From: Octopus sinensis
Taxonomy: Eukaryota
Assembly (NCBI RefSeq): GCF_006345805.1
Contig: NC_043000.1
Span: 40,424,001-40,488,000 of the forward strand
DNA: 64,000 bases
Direction: 5' to 3'
How positions within the stretch are numbered: the first letter of the stretch is position 1; each line of letters starts with the position of its first letter. Shown here piece after piece: positions 39,934 to 53,422 of this stretch. A model generated the notes under the pieces. That model was not told the DNA's origin. It did not search any database and saw only the letters and a list, made by a program, of their open reading frames with translations. The translations under genes and the position numbers were made by a program.

Positions 39934-42299
39934 TATGTCCCGAAGATATAATTTTCCCCCCAAAATAGCACTTCATATTCAGGTTCCGATGATGCGATAT
40001 GGTGTTATCCCGGTCCTGAACTAAGAGTCTACTGCATCTCATAGCAGAAATGAAGTTCATAACATAATTTTTGTTTTTTCCGGAGTCATCTCTTTGTTTC
40101 TATTACTAGTCTATATTCATCAAACATTGTATCCTGGACCATATGTATATTGAGTTCTACATCAGGTTATTAGTTTCGCTATGCCTAAGCGAAATATTAA
40201 AATACATAGATACATACATAGATACATACATCATCAGTAGTTCATATGTCCGTTAAAAAAGCACACTCTAAAGCATTAGAGCAGTAATGAAATTTTTAGG
40301 AAGTTGAAAGTTACGACCGGTCATAGAGTGACCATTTTTGAGTCTGATGAGTCGACTATACTACTAAGCCATATAATATAAATAAACAATGCCATATAAT
40401 ATATTTATCTTATAAAATTGCAATACAAAAAGTTATAAAATTTAAGTTAAGTAGAAGCAAACAGTGGCAAAATATGTATTAACCGAAGTTATCAGAAAGG
40501 GATAAATTATTACTAAATATAAGAATAATAATAACTTATTGTTTATATTTATAATAATAATGCAATAAAATTTAATTTAAATAAATAAATAAATAAATAG
40601 CAAGTCTAGAATGATATGGAAAGAGAAAATATCAAAAATTCAAAATACAACCATACATCTCTTAAGGAAATTTATTTCAAGACTTTAAGGTAAAAAAACA
40701 ATAATAATGAACGATTAGATAGGAAAGAATTTAAAACATTTAGACTTTCACATACGTTAAATAAACCGGAAGTAAATATGCTATGAAACATGCTTAAGGG
40801 AAAAGGGTAATATTAAGAAAATAAACATTATGTAAGAGGAAATACTTATAAATGAATTGAAAATAAATTAAAATAAAATAAATTAGAATGAATTATGTAA
40901 AATGCCCACATGCATAGCTGGGATGCAGGGGAAATAAGTGTAAAGACAGCTAAGCCAGAACAAATTTAAACGGGGATATATCTGAAAATGTAATCAGAGG
41001 TAATGATAATTTATTTGTGCATTTAAGAAGTGAATCAGGAATCAGCTCAATATGATATTATCTTAGCACATTTAGTACTAAATAATACGAAATAATGAGA
41101 CTAATTTTAGTGCTAATGATACGAAATAATAAGACTAATGGAGAAATAAACTTAATTATACATCGGAAATAAAATACGTCATACTTTTAATTCTATAATC
41201 ACAGTTATTAGGTATAACATTGACTTCAGAGATATTAGGTAAATGAATCATATTATGAGTAGATGTATTACTCTGTAAATATGTGTTATTGGCATTGATA
41301 TTTACACTAATTATTTACCTGTAATAAGTTCTTAATTAATGATATATTATTAATATATCAGATATATGTTCTTAATTCCACATATATTATGTAAAATACT
41401 CCTTAGTTTTAACCTGGTTTAATTCCTTATTACTTATCTCTTATTCTAATCTGTATTGATAATAATGTTTTTATTCAATAAATTTCTCCTTATTTTACTT
41501 ACATTATATTATACCATGCATTTATCCCTGCAATGTATTATTAGTACATCCTTTCAATAGCATATTAATTCTTTGTTAGGTTTAAGATTAACTCCTTTAT
41601 TTTATTGTATTATGTCTTATTTGATTTAATATACCTTACTTATTCCTTCACCTTTATAATCTTTGCATAAAATTACATTTTGCATGTAAGTTGATCTACA
41701 TAATTGACTGCATGTTATGTTTTATAATATACTCCAATTAGTTTATTTGATTCAATTTACTTAACTAATTCTTTCATATTCATAATCTTTGTATAAAATT
41801 ACATTTTGCATGTAAGTTGATCTATCAAATTAAATGCATGTTATGTCATATAATGTATTATAATATTATAATTATTTTATGAGAATTAAGAGCTTTTGGT
41901 CAGTCTCATATCACCTCCCCTTAACTGTTTAACACAGTGATTATATGACTTTCATGATATAAGGATAGATTTGTTAACCGAGATGTGTTTTTAATTTATG
42001 TTTGTAAATCTTCCATACTTCTTATAGCTTCAGAAATTATATATACAATTGTGGTGCTGTTATCTAGGGTATTTCTATCAAATTTTATTTTTGTGTACTG
42101 CATTATAATGAACTGTAATGGCTGCTTGTTGTAAATACATGGTTAACCGACGTGAGAGAGTCGAGGAAGTGAGTGTGTGTTTTATTTGTAACAGTTTGAG
42201 TCATGAAGTTTATAGTTTTTCACGATAGCATTATGAAAAATGAATGAACGAAGGTTTGTTCTTATAAGGATATACTGTCGCATATATGCTGATAATCAA

Positions 42300-42723
42300 T
42301 ATTACGAGAGTGTGTATATTCAGCCAATAGCACAATTCATTATATATATATATGCGTCAATCCCATCTTAATTAAAAATACATGCGCATTAGTGAATGAA
42401 TCCATACGTGTGTGAGGGAACGCGCGTGTGTACGTGTGTGTGTATGCATATATACTAAAGGAGAGTGAGAGACACAGACAGAGAGAATGAAGGAGAGTGA
42501 TAGTTTAGTATTGCTTGTTGAGAACAAAGGAGACAACAAACTTGATTCGATTCAGCATTCGATTAATAATGTTGACTGGAACAAGTGTAAACTCGTTTCA
42601 CTTCTTCCAAAGTTTTTCAAGCAGCAAAATAAAAGGGGTCTAATATATACCTGTTTTTGTCTCAGTTACTCATGGGAAAACGAAAAACAAATCATGGACG
42701 CTTAAAGGCTTGCTCTTCTAAAG
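42300..42723 (+). promoter_or_regulatory. Possible promoter plus first exon (MGKRKTNHGRLKACSSK, ATG at 42672, donor at 42724)
   Basis: CCAAT motif at about 42324, a unique non-repeat leader, 17 open codons and an AAG|GTATGG donor. No downstream exon was identified. Confidence 0.2.
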
Positions 42724-45212
42724 GTATGGAGCATTGTTTTGTACACATTGGATAATTTTTTTCATTGCATCGAGGCTACAAATATTTGGTTTCGAGTGGT
42801 TAAGTAATGTTTTAATGAAATTAAATGTTCTCTTTCTTAAAACCGTACGTTCTCTTTGGTATTTATATTAAAGATTTTATTCAGTGGAATTATGACTTTG
42901 TAAAATATAGGACAGAGGCAGGTTTTATTGAAGTGGATTATGATAATCAGAGACAGGTTATCTCTATATGTGGATTCATATGCGGGATTAATAAAAATGG
43001 ATTATTATCAACTGGAAATGCATTGACTTCTCTGTATATTTCAGCGAAATGATTTGTCAAAAAGTATTTTTAAATGTAAAATTAGTAGTGTATTGGCAAG
43101 ATAAACACTTTTAAGTCTAAACCTTAAATGCAAACTAAAGTTTGAAAAATATTTACTACTTAAATAGGTTTATGATTGAGGCAAAATGAATATAGAAATA
43201 GTCGGTGGATTGTCTGTGCTGTCGATTAATGTTTTATGTTTATTTTAATGCATGTATTTGTAGGAAGTTAAACATAAGTTGGAATGGTATAAAAACAACG
43301 CAGAATTAATAAGGTAAATAAAAATATTCCTATAAATGAATACTAGATTGGACCTCACGACAGGAGACACAGATGCGGGCAGCGGCATCGAACTCCCTTG
43401 TTGACCAAGTGCCACGTATCAGAGGTGGATTCACATATTAGTGTAGCTCATTCAACGGTGGTGCCCCATCAGAGCCGCGGCCTTCGGGCTAAAACATTTT
43501 AAAGGATTTAAGTGTACATTAAAGATATGAAAAATATATAGAGAAATATGGAAATGATTTAAAAGTATAGGGAATTATGCTAAGTGTATATTGTTTAAAT
43601 GTTTTCAATATATTATGAGTAGATGTAGAGAACCTTTCCGAAAAATCTATTCATAAGCGGATTAGTTCTTAATGAAACAATTCATGAATAAGTCTCATCT
43701 GTACAAATTACGGTGTTTCCTTATTTCTTTTACTGAACTTTGCACACGAGATGGTTTTCAATTTGAATTGTAAATTTATTTGTTTTAATTACCATACAAA
43801 TGATGATATGAATCTGTCTTTACTACGTTTCGTATTTCTAAACAAATGTGTGCGTTGGTTATATCGAAATTTAAAAGGATAAGATGCAAGATCCATATGA
43901 ATATTGGTAGAATTTTGGGCATTATCTTCGCATTGATAATTAATGTTCTTTCAAAAATCCTTGAATCCAACAGGCTATTGCAAGTAATGTTAGAGTTGAA
44001 ATCATTGGTTATTTAAGTTTGATCTGACCTTAAACATTTTTCGTACGTAGGAAGATGGACGTATATGTGCAAAGTTTTTCTGATAATGTTGTTAGCAATC
44101 TTTTTTGATGGGAGACTAGCTTCATAAATGATGTGTATTGATAAAAATTTGATTTGGCTCGTGGCAACGATTGTAAAGAGAATTATTTTATTTTAGTGGC
44201 ACACTCAAAAAGATTGGAAGTATATAGAAGTGATTTTTAACCTATGTTCATTAAAGAATAAATGTATGTATATATCTCTCTTCCTATCCCTTTCACTCTC
44301 TCTCACTCTTCATATATATATATATATATATATTTCTTTTTTCATTTTTTTTCATTAGGCGCATACGTACATACTTACATGTATACGTATATACATATGC
44401 ATATATGGGCATAGGACGTCACAAAACATAAACAACAAAAAATACGAAGGCCCTTTTTTGTAAGCAACGAAAGAAACAAGTGGAAAACAAGACAAGCAAC
44501 ACAAGGAACGATCCTTCATCAGTTGTCGGCTATGTTTCTAATCCGTTTTTCGAGCAATTCACGATAAGATACGCCTTCGATAAAACAGTTACTCCCGCAA
44601 AACAAATTAAATAAAATTTGCCATGTTGCGGAGGGTCAAAACTGGTGACAAAGACAGGACAGTGAAAACAAACAGGAAGGGTTGCTAAACGCGAAGAAAC
44701 AAGTTAGGAGAAAGAAAATGGCCGATGGTCATTTTCTTTCTTCTGGAGCCACTTGAGCAAAGTGGATGAGTGAGGGAGAGAGAGAGAGATAGACAGAGAA
44801 CTGTGAAGGGGAGAGGAAAAGATTTGGATAAGAGAAAAAAGAGAGAGAGGGAGAAGGGGAAGCAAAAGAAAGGAAAAGAGAAACCGAAAGAGTAGAAGGA
44901 TAGAATAGTAGAAGCGAGAAAAAATAATAGGGAAAAGAGTTGCGTCTGAGTTATTAAGATAAAACTTACTTGGAAAAGGATGCGTGGTGTTCAATCATAT
45001 AATATAATATATATATATATATATATTATATATTATATATATATATATAATATATATATATGCACATATGCATACCTATACGTACATGCATATATACGTA
45101 TATACATATGCATATGTCGGCACTGTACGTCACAAAACGTAAACACAGAAAATACGAAGTACGGGGACATGGAATAAGGGCTTTTTTGCAAGATTTAACT
45201 GTCTATTTATCT

Positions 45213-45384
<172 letters not shown>

Positions 45385-45711
45385 TATATATATATTATAT
45401 ATATATAAATATAATATATATAATATATATATTTCAACAATTGAGGGTAAAAAATTAATTAATTAATCATTTCACCAAGTATTCAGTATGCAAAGGGACC
45501 ATTAAGGCGAATTCAAATTATTACATCTTATAAAAAGGGCTTAGTAAAATAAATTACTTTGCCGCATACTGAACTCATTAGAAATAGCAGCTAAAAAAAA
45601 CTTTTTAAAACTATTTCTAATACTTAAAGAAAACCTCTCATATAGTGTTTGCTCAATTCAACTCACGAAAGTATGGGGGTAAAGACATTAAAAAATCAAA
45701 TGCAAGGTTAT

Positions 45712-45762
45712 TGAGAACGTACGTTCAAGATTAGTCAACACGACACTTCTATCATCAGCTCA
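45712..45762 (-). ncRNA. Type I hammerhead motif, unit 1 (GAAA box one A short)
   Basis: UGAG-CUGAUGA-...-GAAC-GUAC-GUU-CUCA. Confidence 0.5.
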
Positions 45763-46265
45763 GAACTCCTTGGTTTGGATTTGAAAACACTGAAAGTAGG
45801 AGCATACCCTTTCGGCTTCTTATCGCTTCTGAAGATCTGCTCGAAACTAACAGTGCCAGCAAACTCAAATATGCAAGCGAAGAATTTCTGCTCTCCCCTT
45901 TCCACCAGCGTGGGTTAAAATCAGAACACTATGCTTTTTTCGGTAAAATCCGAGGCATTAAATAGAGGAGATGAATTATAATTTCAACAATTGAGGGTAA
46001 AATTAATTATTAATTAATCAATTTCACCAAGTATTCAGTATGCAAAGGGACCAAGTTTAAGGCGAATTCAAATTATTACATTATAAAAGGGCTTAGTAAA
46101 ATAAATTACTTTGCCGCATACTGAACTCATTAGAAATAGCAGCTAAAAAAAACTTTTTTAAAACTATTTCTAATACTTAAAGAAAACCTCTCTCATATAG
46201 TGTTTGCTCAATCAACTCACGAAAGTATGGGGGTAGACATTAAAAAATCAAATGCAAAGGTTATT

Positions 46266-46315
46266 TGAGAACGTACTTTCAAGATTAGTCAACACGACCT
46301 TCTATCATCAGCTCA
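46266..46315 (-). ncRNA. Type I hammerhead motif, unit 2 (one C missing in helix III)
   Basis: UGAG-CUGAUGA-...-GAAA-GUAC-GUU-CUCA. Confidence 0.5.
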
Positions 46316-46690
46316 GAACTTTCCACCAGCGTGGGTTAAAATCAGCAAACACTATGCTTTTTTCGGTAAAATCCGAGGCATTAAATAGAGAGAGATGAAT
46401 TATAATTTCAACAATTGAGGGTAAAATTAATTAATTAATTAATCAATTTCACCAAGTATTCAGTATGCAAAGGGACCATTTAAGGCGAATTCAAATTATT
46501 ACATTATATAAAAGGGCTTAGTAAAATAAATTACTTTGCCGCATACTGAACTCATTAGAAATAGCAGCTAAAAAAAACTTTTTTAAAACTATTTCTAATA
46601 CTTAAAGAAAACCTCTCATATAGTGTTTGCTCAATTCAACTCACGAAAGTATGGGGGTAAAGACATTAAAAAATCAAATGCAAGGTTATT

Positions 46691-46742
46691 TGAGAACGTA
46701 CGTTTCAAGATTAGTCAACACGACACTTCTATCATCAGCTCA
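46691..46742 (-). ncRNA. Type I hammerhead ribozyme motif, unit 3 (core intact)
   Basis: UGAG-CUGAUGA-UAGAAGUGUCGUGUUGACUAAUCUU-GAAAC-GUAC-GUU^CUCA. Helix I is UGAG/CUCA, helix III is palindromic (ACGUACGU), and stem II is AGA/UCU plus GUC/GAC but closed by U-U. Confidence 0.65.
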
Positions 46743-46775
46743 GAACTCCTTGGTTTGGATTTGAAAACACTGAAA

Positions 46776-46818
<43 letters not shown>

Positions 46819-46828
46819 ATACATACAT

Positions 46829-47141
46829 ATCGGTCTTTTAATGTCGAACCGATAAGTTACTGAGACGTAAACGCATTCTCACTGGTTGTCAGGTGATGGT
46901 GGGGGACAAATGCAGACACAAAGACACACATACACTGACACACACACACGCGTTCGCGCGCGCACGCACATATATATGCAACGGGCTTCTTTCAGTTTCC
47001 ACGTACCAAATCCACTCACAAGGTCTTGGTCGGCCCGAGACTATAGCAGTAGACCTTTTCCCGAGGAGCCACGCAGTGGTACTGAACCCAGAACTATCTG
47101 GTTGGGAAACAAGCTTCCTCCCACTAAGCCAAGCCTGCGCT
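46829..47141 (-). mobile_element. SINE family A copy
   Basis: Reverse complement of the family A head and body. Confidence 0.85.
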
Positions 47142-47341
47142 TATCTACATACATACATACATACATACATACATACACACACACATACATACATACATAT
47201 ATACTACTACTACTACTACTGCTGCTGCTGCTACTGCTTCTGTTGCTGCTGGTGCTACTACTACCACCACCACTAAGAGCAACAAAAGCACCAATATATA
47301 TATATATATAAACATACCTATACGCAGACATATGATAGATT

Positions 47342-47392
<51 letters not shown>

Positions 47393-47702
47393 TTCAGAGC
47401 CCGACGAGGTCAGCTATGCGTTGGTACCTAATAAAATAGAGTACCATTTACGTAACTGATCATCTATTTACATCAATTTACTCCTCCAAGTTTCTGATCT
47501 TGTGCGTATGGTAAAAACCATCATCATCATTAAAGTCATGAAAACTACGACGACCACCAAAACTACTACTACTACTACAACTACTACTACAAGTACTACT
47601 AAGATGATGATGACGTATAAACACTGCTCACACATGTGCATATGCTTTTATGAATTCATATGTACGTAAATTTATATAAAGAGTTCGGGAATATACTCTT
47701 AG

Positions 47703-47740
<38 letters not shown>

Positions 47741-47769
47741 TACTAAACCGTTACACTCAACAACAATCT

Positions 47770-48915
47770 AGCATTCCCCTCCACCGACTCTATCACCGTC
47801 AGAACAATCATCATCAACCAAGTTCATCATTCCCGCCACAGCTGCGTGCCGCACTGTAACCATCCGCACCAACACCACAACAAACACCACCATAAGATCC
47901 ACCACAAATATCATCAACCTCACAACCACCACCAATAACAACAACAACAACTTCACTATCAACAACCGAACCATAGTTACTGCAACCACCATCAACACCA
48001 CAACAGCTAGCATCGCAACTATAAAGTTACTACTACTACTACTACTACTACTACTATTACTACTGCTGCTGCTGCTACTACTACTACCACCACCACCACC
48101 ACCACCACTAAGAGCAACAAGAGCACCACTACGCACGCACACACGCACGCGGGAACGTAAATTCCGGTTTCGAATTATTTTGCCGTGAAGAGTTTTATCT
48201 TCAAAGAAACACGGATACGAGAACAAATTTGTCGACTGGTTTGGAGGTGGTGGTAATGGTTGGTGGTGGTGGTGGTGGTGACGGCGGCGGTGGTGGAGGC
48301 GGTAGCGTTGTGGTGATGGTATTTTCTTTGTGATAGTGATAGTATGGTTATAGTTGTTGTTTGTTGATGGTGGTAGCGGTTGTGATGATGGTAGTGCCAG
48401 TGGTGACACTAAGATTGATGCTAATATTGTTATTTTTGTTGTTGTTGACAATGGTGGGGGTGGCTGTGGTGGTGGTAGTGGTAGTGGTGGTGGTAGTGGT
48501 GGTGGTAGTGGTGGTGAGGATCGTAGTGGTCTTTTCCTGGCTGTTGTCGTTGTTGGTAATGGTGCTAGTAACAGCTGACTTGTAGCGGTTGAGTTAGTGG
48601 TGGCATTGTTGAACTTGTTAAGCTTTGTTGCTGATGGTGATGGAGTTAGGGGTAGTTTTAGCGATGGTGGCGTTTTCTTGTTATTGTTGTTTATGGTGGA
48701 GGTAGTGGTTGTGGTTGTGGTGGTGGTGGTGATTGTAGTGTAAGTGACAGTAGTGGTACATGGGGTACGAGTTATTGGCGTTATATGGTGTGATTGCGTT
48801 GTTGTTGCTGTTGTTGTTGTTGCTGTTCTTCTTCTTCTCTTCCTTCTGTTTCTTCTTCTTCTTCTTCTTCTCCTCCTCCTCGTCCTCCTCCTCCTCCTCC
48901 TCCTCCTCCTCCTTC
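47770..48915. repeat. Degenerate trinucleotide low-complexity tract (ACC/AAC/TAC/GGT/CTT)
   Basis: Cryptic simple repeats. Similar tracts lie at 22230-22560, 53620-54420 and 54700-55080. Confidence 0.9.
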
Positions 48916-49770
48916 AGTCAAGCTCATGCCTGGTTGAGCTGATAATATAGTCAAAGCCAATCCCTTTGTGACAATCCTTTCTTTTCTCCAAAGTGCAAGG
49001 GAACTTGTATGACATTATACAATATAGTTTTCTAAGACCGCAGAATGTGATTTGAGGGAGATTTGGCTATTAATTCGGGCGAACACGTAGAGGTTTTCTC
49101 CTTCGCGAAAATTGTTTAGCTATGGTCATTGCTATTTGCTTGAAGTTTAGTTTTGATCGAACTGGCCTATATGATGATTAAAGGAATTCTAACCTTGATC
49201 ATCCTGACTTTTCGTATATCCATAACTACATTATCAAATGTGTTCTTTCACTTAGTTTGGTTTGAGGATACTTGGTTGCTATTTCTAGCATTTGGGTAAC
49301 CACGAAGAGGCTTTATCAAAGTTCTATCGTGTTATAATGTCGTGTTAGTCATGTGGTGTGTTGAATGTTTTTTTTAATTGTCTTTTACAACTTTAAATTT
49401 ACAATGGAAATCCAGTTGATGCATATCTTGACAGTTACATGAATTGTTTGATGTCCCCAGCCCGAGATCAAAGTGGCTACTCCGCGCTATAGGAGGCGAG
49501 CCGTATTTTGCGGGAGAGAGATATCTCTTATGTTAGCCTCATCTAATGCAGGTTAGCCACTGTTTTGCAGTAGTCTGACCTCAACTTGTTTGCATGTGCC
49601 CACCGACATCTGGTTAGACCAGTGGTTCTCAACCGGGGTCCATATGACACTTGAGGGTTCATATGTTCCTTAGGGTCCATATGACCATTGGGGATCCATT
49701 CGACACTTGGAGATCCTTATAAGATTTTGCTGTTAAAGTTTAGGTGCATTAAATTTGTTATACTTCTCGA

Positions 49771-49985
49771 AGGCGGCAAGCTGGCAGAATCGTTAGCACG
49801 CTCGACGAAATGCCTAGCGGTATTTTGCTCTTCGCAACGTTCTGAGTTCAAATTCTGCCGAGGTTGACTTTGCCTTTCATCCTTTCGGGGTCGATAAATT
49901 AAGTACCAGTTGCGCACTAGGGTCGATCTAATCGAGTGGCCCCCTCCCACAAAATTTGAGGCCTTGTGCATATAGTAGAAATTAT
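49771..49985 (+). mobile_element. SINE family C
   Basis: AGGCGGCAAGCTGGCAGAATCGTTAGCAC head and family core. Confidence 0.9.
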
Positions 49986-49999
49986 TAATACCATTATGA

Positions 50000-50207
50000 C
50001 GGTGGCGAGCTGGCTGAATCGTTAGAGCGCTTGACGAAATGCTTAGCCGTATTTCGCCTGTTGCTACGTTCTGCGTTCAAATTCCGAGGTCGACTTTTCC
50101 TTTCATCCTTTCGGGGTCGATAAATTAAGTACCAGTGAAACACTGGGGTCAATGAAATCGACTTATCTCCTCCCCCAAAATGACTGCCCTTGTGGCAAAA
50201 TTTGAAA
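50000..50207 (+). mobile_element. SINE family C
   Basis: GGTGGCGAGCTGGCTGAATCGTTAG head and family core. Confidence 0.9.
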
Positions 50208-50243
50208 TTATTAATATTATTATTATTATTATTATTAATAGTA

Positions 50244-50455
50244 AGGTAGCGAGCTGACAGAATCGTTTGCACGCCGGGCGAAATGCTCAGCGGCATTTCG
50301 ACGGTCTTTACGTTCCAAGTTCAAATTCTGCCTAGGTCGACTTTACCTTTCGTCTTTTCGAACTCGATAACACAAATACCAGTTGAACACTGGGGTCCCA
50401 TGTAAATGATTCACCCCTCCCCCGAAACCTCTGACTTTACACCACACTTTGAAAC
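50244..50455 (+). mobile_element. SINE family C
   Basis: AGGTAGCGAGCTGACAGAATCG head and family core. Confidence 0.88.
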
Positions 50456-51052
50456 AAATAAATTGTTTATACTTCTACAATATACAAAATATTTAAACTT
50501 TTTTTGGTACAATTCCTAATAATAATTATAAAAATATGATAGGATTTCTTTTTTTAAATCGAATGGCTATGGAGGTCCAGTGAAGTAAAATAAAAATTAA
50601 AGTGTTCCATAGATGAAAACTGTTTGAGAACTACTGGTTTAGACGATAGAATTTGTGGGGTGTGCTCAACTAAACTGGTTTACACGATAGACTTTGTGGG
50701 CGTGCTCAACTAAATCCCACAGCTAGGACGAAGCCTCTTCCATTTGTCTCTCCAAACTTCATTCATGTTGAAGTGTCTGTACAACGACGCCAGCTTAACT
50801 CCGTGACCCACATCGCCAAAGAAATGCGCTTGGATTAATGAAAGTTATATAACTCGACTATAATACTGACCGAACAGACCTATTGTCAAGTACATACCAA
50901 CTCTGTAATACTTTTGCAAATGTAGCGTATCAAAGATAACATTTTAAAGACAGTAGAGTGTGGTTTAAAAGAGATTTAGCTTCTATATCTAAGCAATCGA
51001 GCACTCACGCACAAGTCTTCCTTGTTTGCGTTATTAGCGTTATTTCCTTGTG

Positions 51053-51335
51053 GTGAGACACGTGGCTTGGTGGTTGGGGTATTCGGCTCGCGATCGTAAG
51101 GATGTATCCTTCAGCAAGACACTTTATTTCCACTCAACTGGAAAAAATGAATTGTACCAGTAATTCAAAGGGCCAGCCTTGTCACATTCTGTGTCACGCT
51201 GAATCTTCCAGAGAACTACGTTAAATGCACGCCTGTTTGTGGAATACGCAGCCACTTGCTTGTTAGTTTCACGAGCAGGTTGTTCGGTCGTTCGGATCAA
51301 CTGGTACACTCATCGTTGTAACCGACAGAGAGCCA
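51053..51335 (+). mobile_element. SINE sharing the family B 3' domain
   Basis: TCAAAGGGCCAGCCTTGTCACATTCTGTGTCACGCTGAATC...GTAACCGACAGAG. An older relic follows at about 51390-51720. Confidence 0.8.
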
Positions 51336-52374
51336 GGCGTTTCTCAGTGTTGTAGCGTAATGACGTGGTGATGTATCTACGTTAACACAGCATCGCCGAA
51401 TGGCTAAGTAGTTTGATGATTAATCACGAGGTCCCGGTTCGATCCTCGTGTATGGTATCTTGAACAAGGGTGTTCTTCCATTGCCTCGGAGAGAGTAAAA
51501 CTTGGTAGGTGGAAACTGTGTGGAAGCTTGTCAGATGAATTATACCTGTAATTCAAAGGTACAATCTTGTTACACACTGTGTCACTGATTCTGCATGAGA
51601 ATTATATTAAGGGTACCCAACACTGTGGAATACTCAACCACTTATATTTTGATCCAATAAGCAAGTAATTCAATTGATCAAACCACTGAATCCTCATCGT
51701 GGAAACCAACGAAGATCCATTTGATTTTGTTACTTTATTTGATGTATGTGAGTAGGGCATGATGAACATTCACTGGAACTATTGACTTACATCTCATTCT
51801 AGGATCGATATTAATGGCAAAAAACTCTACGGGAAATCTTCATAGTTATCTTTTTTAAATATTTAGCGTAATTTTATTTTAGTTTAAATGTTGTATTAAT
51901 TAAACTGACTCAGCAATTTTATTTTTTCCTGTAACGTATTTTTCTGCATCTGGAAATGAAGACGAAATAATAGACATTTAATTTTTTTCTTTTAGATCAT
52001 GAAGGAAAGAGAAATTGATCTTTAGCATAGTAACATTTCGAGAAATTTGTAAAAAGAGAGGTAAGAGAGAGAGAGGGGGAGACAGGGGGAGAGAAAGAAG
52101 AACAGAAGGAGTGAAAGAGAAAAAGTGAGAGAGAAAGAGACTTAGCTAACTAAATCAATATTGCTACATAGTGGAGCGTTCTTAGTTTATCGGCCCCGGG
52201 TGGATATAAAAAGAAAAGAAACGGTTGAAACATGAAATATGGAGAAAAAAAAAACGCCTCTCACTCGAAAGTATTTGCACAAAACGTTAGATTCTTCTTT
52301 TCCACATCCAAACTTACCCGAACTCACTCTGTATTTTATGCCAACGCAGGACATCACCAATTTTCTTTCCCCTC

Positions 52375-52419
<45 letters not shown>

Positions 52420-52830
52420 TCCCTTTATCAGCCTCTCTCTCTCTTTTACTTTTTTAATCTGAATCTGGTTCACTACGGTTTCTGCTATTTTACTAATAAA
52501 TAAATAAACGCAGTGAATCCACTTTTACAGGTTAGGTTTCGTATAATATTTTATTACAGGTATATTGATGCTGAGATATTCATGCCTTTCTCAGCAAAAC
52601 TTTAAAGAGCGACATAGATGAAGTGAAGTGTTTCTTGTATTGAACTTTCGTACTCAAAGAAAGTTCTATCTCGGAATAGAAGAGATGAACGACAAATGAA
52701 AGAAGGAAATAAAGAAAGCAGGGAAGAAAGAAACAATAAAAGAAAGAAGAGGATATAAAACAGTAAATAAGTCGAAATCGGAGAGGAAAGCACAAGATGA
52801 ATCGAATATTGCTCTGATAAATAAAAGAAC

Positions 52831-52894
<64 letters not shown>

Positions 52895-52959
52895 GGATAG
52901 ATGATAGATAAATGGATAGATAGATGAATAGATAGATACATATATATATGTATATATAA

Positions 52960-52999
<40 letters not shown>

Positions 53000-53360
53000 C
53001 ATGTTTCTCTCTCACTCTGGACATGTTTTAACAAACGTGTAAACACACACACACACATATATAATACATGTATGTGTGTGTGTGTGTGTGTGTAAACAGG
53101 AAGATATAGAGAGGCAGAGAGAGAGAATCAGTCGAAGAATAAACGCGAAAGGATTTTGGCAAGGAAATCCCAATTACTGAAAGAGCAGATTCGCTCTCTC
53201 CCTTTCTCTATCTCACCCTCTCTCTCTCCTTCTCTCTCCTTCCTCTCCTTCTCTCTCCTTCCTCTCCTTCTTCTGTAGTTTTATTTATTTAATTATTTTT
53301 AATGAATGTTCTAGAAACCCCCGCACATCTCACTGTCAACACGCAAACACAGATACACAC

Positions 53361-53422
<62 letters not shown>

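Larger units (their letters stand above)
45431..46778. repeat. Tandem array of three units (550, 424 and about 374 bp)
   Basis: Units start ATTTCAACAATTGAGGG at 45431, 45981 and 46405. Unit 2 has an internal deletion and unit 3 is truncated. Differences are mostly 1-bp indels. Confidence 0.95.
49620..50636. mobile_element. hAT (Charlie-like) non-autonomous element containing three nested SINE C insertions
   Basis: Termini CAGTGGTTCTCAAC and TTTGAGAACTACTG. The 8-bp TSD is GGTTAGAC / GTTTAGAC (7 of 8 identical). Confidence 0.8.

Noticed and set aside
42825-43052. 75-aa ORF after the candidate first exon
   Set aside because: Its splice phase is incompatible with the 42723 donor, its own donor is weak, and it shows no homology.
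45825-45860. Plus-strand CTGAAGA...CGAAAC hammerhead-like string in array unit 1
   Set aside because: There is no stem II pairing, the would-be triplet is GUG, and helix I is unconvincing.
47768-48451. 227-aa minus-strand ORF with poly-His/Ser/Gly
   Set aside because: It lies wholly in a cryptic trinucleotide tract that is open in several frames on both strands.
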